NCBI RefSeq assembly: GCF_037042905.1
Contig: NC_087263.1
Span: forward strand, 12,836,001 to 12,900,000
Origin: Lytechinus pictus
Taxonomy: Eukaryota
Reading direction: 5' to 3'
DNA length: 64,000 nt
This document shows positions 1 to 13,336 of the stretch, one piece after another. How positions within the stretch are numbered: the stretch's first letter is position 1; each line of letters starts with the position of its first letter. The position numbers and the translations under genes were made by a program. The notes under the pieces are model-generated. The model was not told the DNA's origin. It saw only the letters and a list, made by a program, of their open reading frames with translations, and did not search any database.

Positions 1-580
1 CTGTTCAACAACTATCCAATCAAACGTGTTTCCAACGTTGTGACATTGTCGACTGTCCAACAACTCTCCAGCGAACTAGTTTCCAATGTTGCCAACGTTG
101 TGCCTTTGCTGGCTGTTCAACAACTATCCAATCGAACTAGTTTCCAACGTTGCCAACCTTGTGTCATCGTCGACTATCCAACTAATCTCCAACCTACTAG
201 TTTCCAACGTTTTGCCATTGTCGACCGTCCAACAAATCTCCAACAAACTAGTTTCCAACTTTGTCAACGTTGTCTCATTGTCGGTTGATCAACAACTTTC
301 CATCGAACTGGTTTCCAACGTTGCCAACGTTGTGCCTTTGCTGGCTGTTCAACAACTATCCAATCAAACGTGTTTCCAACGTTGTGACATTGTCGACTGT
401 CCAACAACTCTCCAACTAACAAGTTTCCAACGTTGCCAACGTCGTGTCATTGTTGATTGTCCATCATCTTTCCATCAAACTAGTTTCCAACGTCGATTCA
501 ACGTTAATCCATCAAGTTTTTCCAACGTCCAACGACTTTCAAGTTTCCAACGTGGAGCCAACGTTGGCTTGTTACCTGGG
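1..580. repeat. Tandem ~52-61 bp 'tagtttccaacgttgccaacgttgtg' repeat array, probably the subterminal array and right end of a CCCAG-terminated (EnSpm/CACTA-like) DNA transposon; truncated by the window edge
   Basis: Core gtttccaacgtt recurs about 10 times; 1-70 recurs at 345-414 (higher-order period ~344); the array stops abruptly at ...cttgttacctggg (580), the reverse complement of CCCAG. ORFs 40-719 are repeat artefacts. Confidence 0.7.
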
Positions 581-1810
581 GTATGTCATAGAGGGTGGTG
601 GTGAGAGTGTGATGCTTTTATGTGTGTGTGTGTGTGTGGGGGGGGGTATAGTATGCCATAGAGGGTGTGGTGGGAGTGTGAGGGTTTTCAGGTGTGTGAG
701 GTGGTATGGTATGTCATAGAGGGTGTGGTGAGAGTGTGACGGTTTTCAGGTGTATGTATGAGCGGTAAAGTATGTCATGCAGGGTGGTGGCGAGAGTGGG
801 AGGGTTTTATTTGTGTGTGTGGGGTGGTATGGTATGGCATAGAGGGTGGTGGTGAGAGTGTGATGCTTTTATGCGTGTGTGTGGGGGTGGTATAGTATGC
901 CATAGAGGGTGTGGTGGGAGTGTGAGGGTTTTCAGGTGTGTGAGGTGGTATGTTATGTCATAGAGGGTGTGGTGAGAGTGTGAGGGTTTTCAGGTGTGTG
1001 AGGTGGTATGGTATGTCATAGAGGGTGTGGTGAGAATGTGACGGTTTTCAGGTGTGTGTATGAGCGGTAAAGTTTGTCATACAGGGTGATGGCGAGAGTG
1101 GGAGGTTTTTATGTGTGTGTGTGTGTGGGGGGTGGTATGGTATGGCATAGAGGGTGGTGGTGAGGGTGGGAGGGTTAGGTGTGTGTGGGGCGGTATAGTA
1201 TGTCATCGAGGGTGTGGTAGGAGTGGGAGGATTTCCACGTGTTTGTGGGGTGGTATGGTATGTCATAGAGAGTGGTGGTGAGAGTGTGATGTTTTTTATG
1301 TGTGGGGGTGGTGTGGTATGTCATTCAGGGTGGTGGAGAGAGTGGGGTGGGTAAGGTGTGTGTTGGAGCGGTATGGTATGTCATATACGGTGATGGTGAG
1401 AGTGGGAGGGTTTTATGTGTGTGTGTTGGGGTGGTATGGTATATCATTGATGATGGTGGAGAGAGTGGGGGGTTGGGTGTGTGTTGGAGCGGTATGGTAT
1501 GTCATAGATGGTGGTGGAGAGAGTGGGAGGGTTTTATGTGTGTGTATTGGGTGGTATGGTATGTCATATACGGTGATGGTGAGAGTGGGAGGGTTTTGTG
1601 TGTGTGTGTGGAGCGGTATAGTATGCCATAGACGTTGTGGTGAGAGGGGGGGGGGTATGGGTGTGTATGAGAGAGAGAGGCAGTATGGTACAGTATGTCA
1701 TTGAGGGTGATGGTGAGTGTTGGATGGTGTAAGGTGTGTGCGTATGTGTGTGTGTGTGTGTGGTGGCATGGTATGTCAGAGGGGGTGGTGGTGAGAGTGG
1801 GAAGCCGTTT
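581..1810. repeat. G/T-rich minisatellite, ~59-bp unit
   Basis: Unit ~gtatgtcatagagggtggtggtgagagtgtgagggttttcaggtgtgtgaggtggtatg repeated about 20 times with drift; + strand very poor in C. Confidence 0.9.
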
Positions 1811-4451
1811 ATGCCCATATGTGTAAGATAGTGATTGTGTATTGCATGAGTGTGATGTTAGAGGGTGACGAGACGGGGGGGGGGGGTTATTGTGTGATGG
1901 TAAGTCTTATATGTCGATTGTAAAGGGGGAGGGGTGCGTAGGGTGAGTGTGTGTGTGTGTGCGCGCGCGCACGCGATGGTATGTAAGGTATAGTAGGGAT
2001 GGAAACACAGAAAAAAAGGGAATGGCATGCAAGAAGGCTCACATTTTTTCACCAGTGTGATAATGACAGGAAAAAAAAAAGGAAATTTAAGCATTAAACT
2101 AATTTCATCTGGGGGGGGGCGCACATTTCAACCTACGATAAGGGGTATCACACTGCACCCTCCACTGTGGAAAATATAGCATACCTTCTCCTGGAAGGTG
2201 TATGGTACATAATTGTTTGCAAAGTTGCAGTTGAATTAAAAAAATACATCTATCGTTGAGTATGTGCAAAAGATAAGATGCATAATATACGTGGCTCCGT
2301 GTGACGTGTTCTGGGGTTACATTAGCATGTGTGACCTTTTCTGCAATAAGACTATACTCTCTCTTGATGTTTTCTTGGATTCAGCGACCTGATGCCTCCA
2401 ACGATACTCCCTTAAATAGCTAGAATAAATATGGCGAGAAAAGACAATCTTGAGATATTCCCCAATTCATATTGAAACGCTTTGTCAAGTATTTATCAAT
2501 AATTTTATGACTAAATCTAATTATTATTTTGATACTTCTCATAACTAATTTTGAACTGAATGTGCTAAGGGGAGGGGAAGTACTTCATGCATCTATATTC
2601 ATGAGAAATCAGGGTCTTGGTACGAACTAAGAGGGTGAAGGAGAAACTGGACTATGCGTACCCTAGGGCGGGCACAAACATCACGTAAACAACTATTACC
2701 GAAGTTAATATATTCATATTTTCATCCATCATTTTGCTTCCGCGGTGATCGAGCATTTCAAAGGAAGGAAGAACATCCACTAGGTGGGCGGATATATAGC
2801 CCTTACATTCGAATCTCGGTATTCAACCAAATTGCTTAAATGATCGCTCAAGACATGCCGTTTAGGGAGGGCAATGGCGGTGGGCACTGAAACAATAATT
2901 GTTTTTTATTCTGTTTGATTGGCATATTAACGCCAATGTCAATTTGGTTTACGGCATTGTTCTCTTTCTTTATCAATTGGTCAGATAGCCGAAAGATATT
3001 TTAAGCAAGGTGTGACAGATGACAGTCGGACGCACAGGCCTGCGTTTCAACGATCTTTGGAAGAAGAAAATAGATAGAAAATTGTGGTTCAATAATGCAA
3101 TAAAAACGGTGACCCCCGACTCTTGCATCAAACCGATTAAGCTTCCGGTTTCTTTATTATGTTATGATTTAAATGACACTTCATGAAGTAAACACAAATG
3201 TGATATACGCTTTTCCACCACTCAGCTGACAAAGACAGTTAACAAATTAGTGATATGTAATTTTTTTTCTCTACTGCAGGGCGTGAAATAATTATAAACT
3301 GCACTGTTATCCCAAACAAGACATTGGGTAATATTCTAAAAATTGTCTTAACTTTTCTTGGAAATACTGTGCTAAAGTAAAAATACACGTGGCTGTTCTC
3401 CCAGTCATATTTTCCCAAATAAAATCGTCATCTCGAATACCACTTTTTGATTGCCCTTCGGAATGTCCCCATTTGTAATATTCTTGCGGGATGCAGCAGG
3501 AACTTTTACCAATGAATATCGCATGCGCCATAAAGTTACAATAACCACCTACCTCTTGTAGATTTTCTTTTATTTTGCGAGGAAGTTAACAGAACGCAAA
3601 GATAAGAGGATTTTCAGAATACCTTTTATGTGCCCTTTTTAATTTTACCCATCACTATAGCTCTGATACAAGAATTTTCATAATACGGATTTTATTGAAC
3701 TCGGATGATCCAAGAATATTTCTCTCAAGACAATTTTCAGAATACGGCCTATGGTTGTACTAGTAAATATGTGACTCGAAGCATATACCTTTTGGTTTTC
3801 TTACCACTGCACAATGGAATCGTTGCATTCATGGCTAGGAGAGTCGAAAGGTTATTTTGATAGCTGACGCAAGGAGACCCATTTTTTCTTTAACGTAACT
3901 TAACTTAAACATTAATTTTGTTTCCTTCTCGCTCCCCTTTTCTTGATATTGTCTTTTCTTTTCACCAGCCTTTTTAGGCACTTGAAAAATCAAGGGGGGT
4001 GGGTGCGGTCACCACTGCCCTTGCGGCGCCTCCCGGCTCTTGTTTAAGGAACCTCATATTCAGGGCTCGCGCTTGTACTAAGCAAGGCGGTTGTGGTATA
4101 TTGTCTTGACGAGACTAATGGGGTGTTGCAAGAAAATTGCGATTGAACGCAAATCGAACGCAACTCCCAAAATTGAGCGTAAGTCCTCCGATTAAACCCA
4201 AACCTGCAATTGAACGCAAGTTACGTTCAATCCTGTTGCAAGAACAAGTTGCGTTTGATCAATTAAACGTAGATCACGCGCAAGCTTTGCAATTGATTGG
4301 AACGTAACTTATGTAAGATTCTGGAGGACGCGCAAAAATTGCGCTCGATTTACGTTCAATTGATTGTCCATAGGCTTGTGTACTAATTCTGCAAAAAAAA
4401 AAAGTATTTTGTTTTGAAAACTTGTGTAAATTATGCCATTTTCAATTTTCC

Positions 4452-7400
4452 ATAGTAGTAGACTTGTTAAGAGGTTGAACGCTGCATTTTGAGTACAAAT
4501 TTCCCACTTGGCACAAATGTTCCTTGAGTCAAAAGAAAAAGATTCATCCAAAGAGACACGCTGTATCTATGCAAATAAGCAAGTAATTTGCATAAATTTG
4601 CATATTATGTCGATATAGTAAAAACAAGTATTTCAGAATATATATTTAACCAGAACTGTCCTAAAATTGGAAATAAAGACTTAGGGTAAGAAAGGGAAGA
4701 AAATTGTCATAAAATAATTGGGATATCCTTGTTTATTATTACCTAATTTAAATAAATTATGCAAATTATAATTTAAAACATAGTATTTTTTCATGAATCC
4801 TGAACTGTTTTAAAAGAACAGCAACTAATACACAGTGTCAACATTCTACATGAAAGAGAATATATTAGCGAAAACATTGATATGCTTCATGACAGTATTA
4901 GTGTCTTAATTTGCTTAGAAAGAGGGCAAATATGTCAAAATGTATGACGTGATATTGCGCTAAAACGAGACCAAAACAACCTCTATGTCACAGTCACACT
5001 CACGAATCGGACAAAAAGCGATCAATGGTATGTCATTCGAGATAACACAATCCCAACACAATAGCTTCCATCGGCTTCTCGTATCGCTTTTGTTGGTGTG
5101 ACTGCCACACCGTAATCTATGATACATACGGACAAAATGCATTTCGGTATCGGTAAAACACTATTAATTTTGTTTTATTTGTTTCTCTTGGAAAATTTAC
5201 AGGAAACATTACTGCTTTAATGAAACTCTGGCACATGAATCATGACGAATGTATCCTACCTCAATCCATATTTTAACTTTATTAAAATAAAATCTTTTGG
5301 AGACCCCGAAGTGGCAAAACTGCACCCCCCCCCCGGCATTCCCGCCACTTTACAAAACCAGTTTGACTTGTATAATCGACTTGGAAAAGACATATGTATA
5401 AGGCATCAGTCAACATGTTTCCTGAAGAAAGTTTTTTGTTTATTTAAGCCTACGCCCACGGGGGCCATCCGAATTCACCCCATCCCCTCTCTGTATTTCG
5501 ACTTTAAATAAAAAAAATATCGTGTTTTAAAGCCATCGGCAAGGCAAATTGCGTTTTTTGGTATAATAAAAAATCTTTTATATCTATATTTTTATATTTA
5601 CATTCATCATTATTGATATTATTATTGATATTGTTATTATTATTATTATTACTATTATTATTATTATCATTATTATTACTATTATTATTATTGTTCTGCC
5701 ATTTGTAATACTAGTAGTGCTCTAGCACAGTAAAGGCTATAACCCAACAGGAGCATGCCTATGATACCTTTTCCCTTTTTGGTTTTATGTATTAAAAAAT
5801 AGTTTATTGTCTTTAGAACTCTTAAAAGATTACTTTTGTTTGTATTGATGTCTTGGAATAGATTGAGGAGAAAATACTCTACAACTGACATGTAGAAGAG
5901 CTGTGGTACATTGAAGAAAAGCCACACGTAAGCTCTAAAATACTCAAACCCCTTTATTGACTCCACTATATGTTAAATTTAAATATTTTTAGAGTCCATT
6001 CGGAAGAAAGATACATTTCTACTACACACTGTAAAGCCTCTTTACTTACTCCTCTTGAAATTTTGGTCCCAAGAAATTTAACAAGCTTCAGCCCCCGCTT
6101 CCAAGTACCAGGGCCTCCTCTATATAATGTAGATGTTGCCTTTAATATGTGCCCTTTTCCAGATGAGGAAGCGTCGTGGTGTAGCGGTTCTGATTCTCGC
6201 CTTGTAATCAGAGGGTCGTGTGTTCGAATCCCACCATGGCCTAGCGTCCTTTGGCAAGGCGTTAATCCACACTTTGCCACTCTCCACCCAGGTGTTAAAT
6301 GGGTACCCGGTAGGATGTGAAAGCCTATATGTATTATGCCTAGCAATTGAGTCTTGGAACTCTTGTTGGAATGCTCCCCAGGGAGTGGAGAAGGTGCATA
6401 CATTGTATGCGGGCATGCAAGGATCCGATGACCGGGGTAATAATATGTCTGTAAAGCGCTTAGAGACGTCGTTCCGATGTATTAAGCGCTATATAAATGC
6501 GGAATATTATTATATTATTATTCATTTAGACGATATTCTAAATATATATTGTCAAAACAAAATAAAGGATTGGGCAACTTCGACAGGCCACCGTCATGTA
6601 CACGAACTTATTCTATGCGATATAAAGCAATGCCTTCTATGTTTTTTTTTTTTGAAGAGGAGAAAGTAAAGAGGCTTTACTGTGTGTAGTAGAAATGTAT
6701 CTTTCTTCCGAATGGACTCTAAAAATATTTAAATTTAACATATAGTGGAGTCAATAAAGGGGTTTGAGTATTTTAGAACTCACGTGTGGCTTTTCTTCAA
6801 TGTACCACAGCTCTTCTACATGTCAGTTGTAGAGTATTTTCTCCTCAATCTATTCCAAGACATCAATACAAACAAAAGTAATCTTTTAAGAGTTCTAAAG
6901 ACAATAAACTATTTTTTTTAATACATAAAACCAAAAGGGGAAAGGGTATCCTAGGCATGCTCATGTTGAGTTATAGCCTTTACAGTGCTAGAGCATTATT
7001 ACAAACTGCAAAACAACAACAATGATAATAATAATAATAATAATAACAATAATAATAATGATAATAATATTAATACTAATAATAATACTAATGTAGATAA
7101 ATATGAAATATACTATATAAAAGTTGCTCTATTATACCAAAAACGCAATTTACCTTGCCGGTGGCTTTAAAACACGATATTTTTTTTTTTTAGTGTCGAA
7201 ATACAGAGAGGGGATGGGGTAAATTCGGAGGGCTCCCGTGGACGTAGGCTTAAATAAACAAAAAAAAACTTCAGGAAACATGTTAACTGATGTCTCATAC
7301 ATCTGTCTTTTCCAAGTCGATAATACAGGTCAAACTGGTTTTGTAAAGTAGCGGGAATGCCGCGGGGAATGTAGTTTTGCCACTTCGAGGTCTCCAAAAG

Positions 7401-8353
7401 ATATATATTTTAACAAAGTTAAAATATGGATTGAGGTGGGGGTACATTCGCCATGATTCATGTGCCAGAGCTTTATTAGAGCAGTAACCTGCAAAGCAAT
7501 GTCTCCTGTAAATTTTCCAAGAGAAACAAATTAGAAACAAATAAAACAAAATTAATAGTGTTTTACCGATACCGAAATGCATTTTTCCCGTATATACCAT
7601 AGATTACGGTGTGGCAGACACACCAACAAAAGCGATACGAGAAGCCGATGGAAGCTATTGTGTTGAGACTGTGTTATCTCGATTGACATACTGTCCGATT
7701 CGTGAGTGTGACTGTGACATAGAGGTTGTTTTGGTCTCGTTTTAATAGCGCAATATCACGTCATACATTTTGACATATTTGCCCTCTTTCTAAGCAAATT
7801 CAGACACTAATACTGTCATGAAGCATATCGATGTTTTCGCTAATATATTCTCTTTCATGTAGAATGTTGACATTGTGTATTAATTGCTGTTATTTATAAA
7901 ACTGTCATGAAGCATATCGATGTTTTCGCTAATATATTCTCTTTCATGTAGAATGTTGACATTGTGTATTAATTGCTGTTATTTATAAAACAGTTCAGGA
8001 TTCACGAAAAAATACTCTGTTTCAAATTATAATTTGCATAATTCATGTAAATTAGGTAATAATAAACAAGGATATCCCAATCATTTTATGTCAGTTTTCT
8101 TCCCTTTCTTACCCTAAGTCTTTATTTCCAATTTTAGGGCAGTTCTGGTTAAATATATATTCTTAAATACTTGTTTTCACTATATCGACCTAATATGCAA
8201 ATTTATGCAAATTACTTGCTTATTTGCATAGATACAGCGTGTCTCTTTGGATGAATCCTTTTCTTTTGACTCAAGGAACATTTGTGCCAAGTGGGACATT
8301 TGTACTAAAAAATGCAGCGTTCACCCCTTTTTTGGCAGTTAACAAGTCTACTA
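4452..8353. repeat. Large inverted repeat / foldback: ~1.6-kb arms (4452-6058 and 6653-8353) around a ~600-bp spacer
   Basis: For example 4540-4580 aaagagacacgctgtatctatgcaaataagc versus 8217-8248 gcttatttgcatagatacagcgtgtctcttt; 5990-6050 versus 6660-6730; mirrored ORFs 5242-5511(+) and 7167-7397(-). The right arm has an internal ~89-bp tandem duplication (7812-7990). Confidence 0.93.
6165..6522 (+). mobile_element. tRNA-derived SINE with L2-type 3' tail
   Basis: A box tggtgtagcgg, B box gttcgaatcc, body ...ctccacccaggtgttaaatgggtacc..., tail taagcgctatataaatgcgga(att)n; second copy at 30621. Confidence 0.88.
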
Positions 8354-10939
8354 TAGGTTTTTTTCAAGAAAAACTTAAAATACTGTTATTTTCAATCTTC
8401 ATAGGCATCTACAGCAATTATGCCATTATTTTTACACAACTTCACTACATTCTCTCCTAATATCATTTTAAAGTGTGTCATTAACCACAAATATTCTGCT
8501 CTTGTTATCAGAGGTCATGGAATATTCAAATTGTGATTTCTGAAAAAATTTGTATGAAGAAATGTTGAAGAAATAATAACTCTCCATAGGCACAAAAGCC
8601 ACTCTTTATCAAAACACTTCATGCACTGGCAAATGCTTATCAATATTTATGAGGGTTTGCAGTAAACACAATTCAGAATTTGTTTTGCAAGAGCACCAAA
8701 TTGCTTCAATGCTTTCATTTATAAATATCATAATGAATAACATGCCTAATTAAGTTATTTTAGTTTGATTTTCAAATAAGTTATTTTAGTTTGATTTTCA
8801 AATAAAACATAAATTTCAGGAGATTGCTACACTTCAAAATCTGAAGCTCTCTTGTTTCTCTCTCTTTAATCATGAGATTGCATCGTAGATATATATCACA
8901 TTTGCATACAGGGACGAGGTCGAGGCTGATTCTTCCGAGTCATGAGGCAGCTTGAGAGATCTTCCCATAGATTCTGTACAGTGACTCGGACCAAGGCCAG
9001 CAAAATGTTGCCTCGAGGTCAGCATTGACTACATCCCTGCTTGGAATTGAAATGATCCATTGATTTGTGCACAAAAAAAGAACACTGCCCAAGACATTCA
9101 CTATTGATTGACCTTTTATTTTTAATTGTTTCTTGCTCCCGAGGAATTACTTCTGAGATTGAGTTATATCAAATAAAATTTCATATCATCTACATCAAGT
9201 GTTTCAGCACAGAATGTCTTGTTTGAAATTGACGTGTATCATGCAGAAGACCACAGTCCTTAAGGTTGGCATGAACAATCCATAGAAGTCCAGTCAGGAA
9301 AGGAACTTGATGGAACAAATCTGGTTTCCAGAAGCAGTCTAATTTGAGATGAATTTAGAGAGCTCCATGGAGTGAAGTTTTTAAACCAGCAACACCCTCA
9401 TTCTGAAGTCCACTCTAATAATGATGTTTCTACAGACAGGAGCAGCTCTGAATTCAGTTCTGATAATCAACCTGTTCATAAAAAAATAATATAGGAAATA
9501 ATGCAAGCCCATAACTATACATAGCTTGGGTAAGTTCCATTTTGTCCTTTCATTGCAAGAACGCCCTTAGCAGAACAGTTTTGTGTACCCCATCGGTGCA
9601 GTAATGCCCTTATGCCTGCTGCTAAGGGCGTTGTTTGCACCGACATGATGATATGATAGAGGGATAGTGGCTTACTTCTGAGACCATTATAATTGGCAAG
9701 TTGCCATGATGTCATCTAAAAAAATGTGAACTGATTGTTTTTCCCCAAATCAATGAATCATGAAATTAAATATGCAATAAATTAAATCAATGAAAGCAAA
9801 ATATACACTTAAATACAGTACACCTTGGACGATGAGCATAGCAACCACCCCCTCCCCCCATCAATGAGGTGTCTTCATTGCTGAGAAATGTCCAGTCAAG
9901 ATAGGGATTTGTTTTTGCCTTTTTCATTTTGCATTATCCTTGGTACAGAATTCACCCCCATCCCCATTTCGATCATGAATTATTAATAATAATACCGTAT
10001 ACATTTAACCTACCTTTTGATAAAATGAATCAATCAGCTGGTTGCAAGAACATACATTGTAGCAGACACAGTTATGGATGTTCTGAGGTTTCTTGTTTAT
10101 TCCAGACTTCTTTGTCATCGTATTCATTAAACCGTAGTAAGCAATTAAAAGCAAAAAGCAAAGAGATAAAACATGTTCATGAAATTAATATAAAAGTTAA
10201 GCTCAGTTGCCAGTGTGTTAATCATTATAGTAGTCACAGGGTGTTTTGAGTATAGTCACCTCTGGCCTGGGGAGGGGCACTGTGGTTCCTCAGCCATGGG
10301 TGGCGCAATTAAATAATTTATGAAATCATACCCTCTGCTTTAATTTACTAAAATAAGCTCGCAATAGAATGCTAAACTTTGGTGTACATATTCGTTTCTA
10401 GAGCATTCCTAACAACTTTACTTTAAAAATCTGGTATCAAAATAAATTCCTTTCATGTTTTTTTTATATATTTTTTTAATTTCTTAAATGTATTTTTCTA
10501 TTTTTTCTTTTAATTATAATTTTTTTAGAACAAAGTTCATCAGTGACATTGAATTACTATTGTCAATGAAATGTTGCAAAATTTCCTGACCCTGTACCTG
10601 GGCAATGCAAATTTGGTCTCAAAAGTTGTGCGAGACTTGAAAGTAAAACATCAGTCAGCGGTGCGGTAAAAAAAATTTGAGTGGCAGATTTATTCTGCAA
10701 AATGTCAAGGGGGACCATAAGCCCCCCCCACCCCCGAGTATTATGCTTGATGCAAAAGGATGTAAAAGAATTATTATGCATTCAATATTAATTATGATGC
10801 ACCATATGAGAGACACCCTTTTACTGAAAGCACCTGGAAAAGCATTGTAACCATCCATTAAAGTGGAAAAAAATCAGTCATCTTTATAGCACCTCATGTG
10901 CTTGTATTAAAATCAATTTAAGAGTCAGCTACATAGTAG

Positions 10940-11351
10940 CCCGGGGGGGGGGGTACTCACAAAATAAGGCATACGGGGATGTGCTGCTCGAATGGGTCGC
11001 TTTTTTGGAAGAAATTCCTAAACATGGGGTATGGTTTTATGCTGAAAAATCCCTAACATAGGCTCAATTTTAGATATTGGCCTTAAACATTGGTCCATAT
11101 TCTACTCCAATGTCTTAGGTGCAAATACAAAATGACCTTACATTTTGGGTGATAACCTTTTTTTTAGTTGCTTGTCAAATTTTCCAGGGGAAAATGTGCC
11201 CCCCCCCCCTTTGGAAATCCTGGATCCGCCCTGTAATGAATCCCCAATATGGGTACTTTTTTAGCCAAAATGACCTGTAAATATGGGCATGGGTTTTGAA
11301 CTTTCAGCCGCACACCTTTGTCCAAACCAAATCTAAGTACCCCTCCCCCGG
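10940..11351. mobile_element. MITE with cccggggg...gtact ends and 8-bp TSD (hAT-like)
   Basis: Starts cccgggggggggggtact, ends agtacccctcccccgg; perfect flanking duplication catagtag (10932-10939 and 11352-11359). Confidence 0.85.
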
Positions 11352-11706
11352 CATAGTAGATCTACATATTAAATCTAAAAAAAAATGTACTTAAATGTAT
11401 ATCTTTTTATGTGATGGATATTAAAAATTTGACTCATACCGCACATCATTACAAATCAACGACACAAATAGACTGTCCTTGCAAAGAACCTCTTGTGCAA
11501 TCTGTCCAATCTGGCAACCCCCTATTTCAATGTTAACATTTCCCCAAGAATGTTGCAGATGTGGCTAATAGGTTCTGAAAAGTAGCCCAATAACATCTTT
11601 AAGAAATATACATGTAGACACTATACACTTGTTGTAGTTGTTTTTTTTTTGCCTGGCGAGATATGTGGAGAATCCCCCCCCCAAAAAAAAAAATCATAAT
11701 AATAAT

Positions 11707-13336
11707 AACTAGAATTTTAATTCGTCATGAGGACGAATTAGGTGATCTGTCTCTGATTTCATGATCACGAAGACAATCAGCATGTTTATTGACATCAATA
11801 CGATGATCATATTGAAAACTAAACTTCTATTACAAAAAGAACATGATGAATACTCTTGAAAAGAGAGAAATGATAAACTTTGGAAAATAGATGTAAATGA
11901 TACACATGGTACATGTACATGTTATATTAAAATGATTTTTTAAACTATTTTATTGTGCAATGTTTTAACTTATATACCTTGTAATGGTCATGAAGGACCA
12001 TTTGTGAAATGTTGAAAAGAAAAGAAAAAAAAAAAAGCTACACTATTTCCCATAGACTTTTACACATAAGCACTATTTCCCATAGACTTTACACATAGCA
12101 AATTGAGAGGATCTCAAATCCAATTTTGCAAGTGAAATACGGGCATGATCTCGGCATCTGATTGGAAAATAAAGACCAAATTTGCGATAGCTTACAATCT
12201 CAGCTACAACACACTCCAAGCTCAGAGAAAACCGACAAAAATAAATGGAGATATGGCTCGCGAAATAGAAGGATGTAAAATCCAGTTTTTAGAAAAAGTC
12301 ATTTCCCATGGAGATTGCACACAAAATGAGCGAAAATGACATGCCTCTATAACTTGCCATCTTTTAGGATGATCCATTCCTTCAAAATAAAATAAAGCCA
12401 TAATTTTAAAAAGAGTATGTCCTCAGCTACAATATATTGAAAACTGAGCGAAAATTTGCCAATATTTGAGGAGTTAATGTCAAATTTGCATAACTATGAT
12501 GACGTCATAGGTAGCAAAGTGGTAATTTTGAGTTTCGACGCCATTTTGATGACGTCATGATAAAATTAAGGGTCAAATGTGGCATGAAATCATATCTCCC
12601 ATCTATACACTATTGGAATATTAAAAAAAATCGGGGGTCAACGGACTATCTAAAGAGCTATAATGAATTTTGTATAGGCATGTTTTTGCACATATATTGT
12701 CTATGGTTAGTGCGCGCGCGCGTGCGTGCTGTAAACTTTGATGGAGGCTTATTCCATTATTAGGTAAAAGGTTGATCAAGGTATCAAATTATTCAGAATT
12801 ATATTATCAATGCATTGATATGAAGAAAATGGCGACCCTATGCTCTATAGTGCCGTTACGCGCGAAAACGCACGCGTCATAGTGCGCAAATTTTTGAAAT
12901 GCCTAAAATGACGTGATTCGTACACTACTTTGGTCAAAAAGTGATTTTGAGCATTTTAAAATTTTGACGCGCGCGTCGTGACCTTTGCATGACCTTTTAT
13001 GACATGGACAGTTGACCCCTGACCTGAAGTTAATGTGATGTAAATATTGTTAATTTTTGAAAATTGATAATGAAGATATGATTGATAACGTGATTTTACA
13101 AAATGGCGTCTAGATGACGTCATGATGACCTTTTGACCTTGAACATTGTTTTATACACATCACATGATACGTCCCCATATCTGATGATATTCTGAAGATA
13201 ATTGATCATGTAGATTTGGAGATTTTGTGCTAACAAGAAAAGGGCGGAAAATAAAGAAAAATAATAAATAAATAAAAAAGAAAATTCGTACGAAATTAAT
13301 AGTTGATCTGTCGATTGACAGATCGACAGATCACTT
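11707..13336 (-). mobile_element. Non-autonomous Helentron/DINE-1-like (rolling-circle) element, copy 1
   Basis: On the - strand it ends subTIR gacagatcacct + hairpin aattcgtc-N5-gacgaatt + CTAGtt; the other end has inverted tgatctgtc...gacagatca; no TSD; body homologous to 14369-16530 (e.g. 12634 versus 15829 ggggtcaacggact). Confidence 0.75.

Noticed and set aside
1..560. CRISPR-like regular repeats (also 52111-52526)
   Set aside because: The intervening sequences are themselves homologous rather than unique spacers; eukaryotic context; no cas genes.
40..2124. Long overlapping ORFs with repetitive peptides
   Set aside because: They are translations of two tandem arrays; no splice or domain support.
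3279..3550. Possible exon after acceptor ctctactgcag / ORF 3307-3531
   Set aside because: No recognisable protein in any frame and no compatible partner exon found.
9360..9420. Possible Harbinger transposase remnant on the - strand (LQNEGVAG/FKNFT/ME)
   Set aside because: Needs two frameshifts within 30 nt and no DDE motifs are visible nearby; a translated HMM search would be needed.
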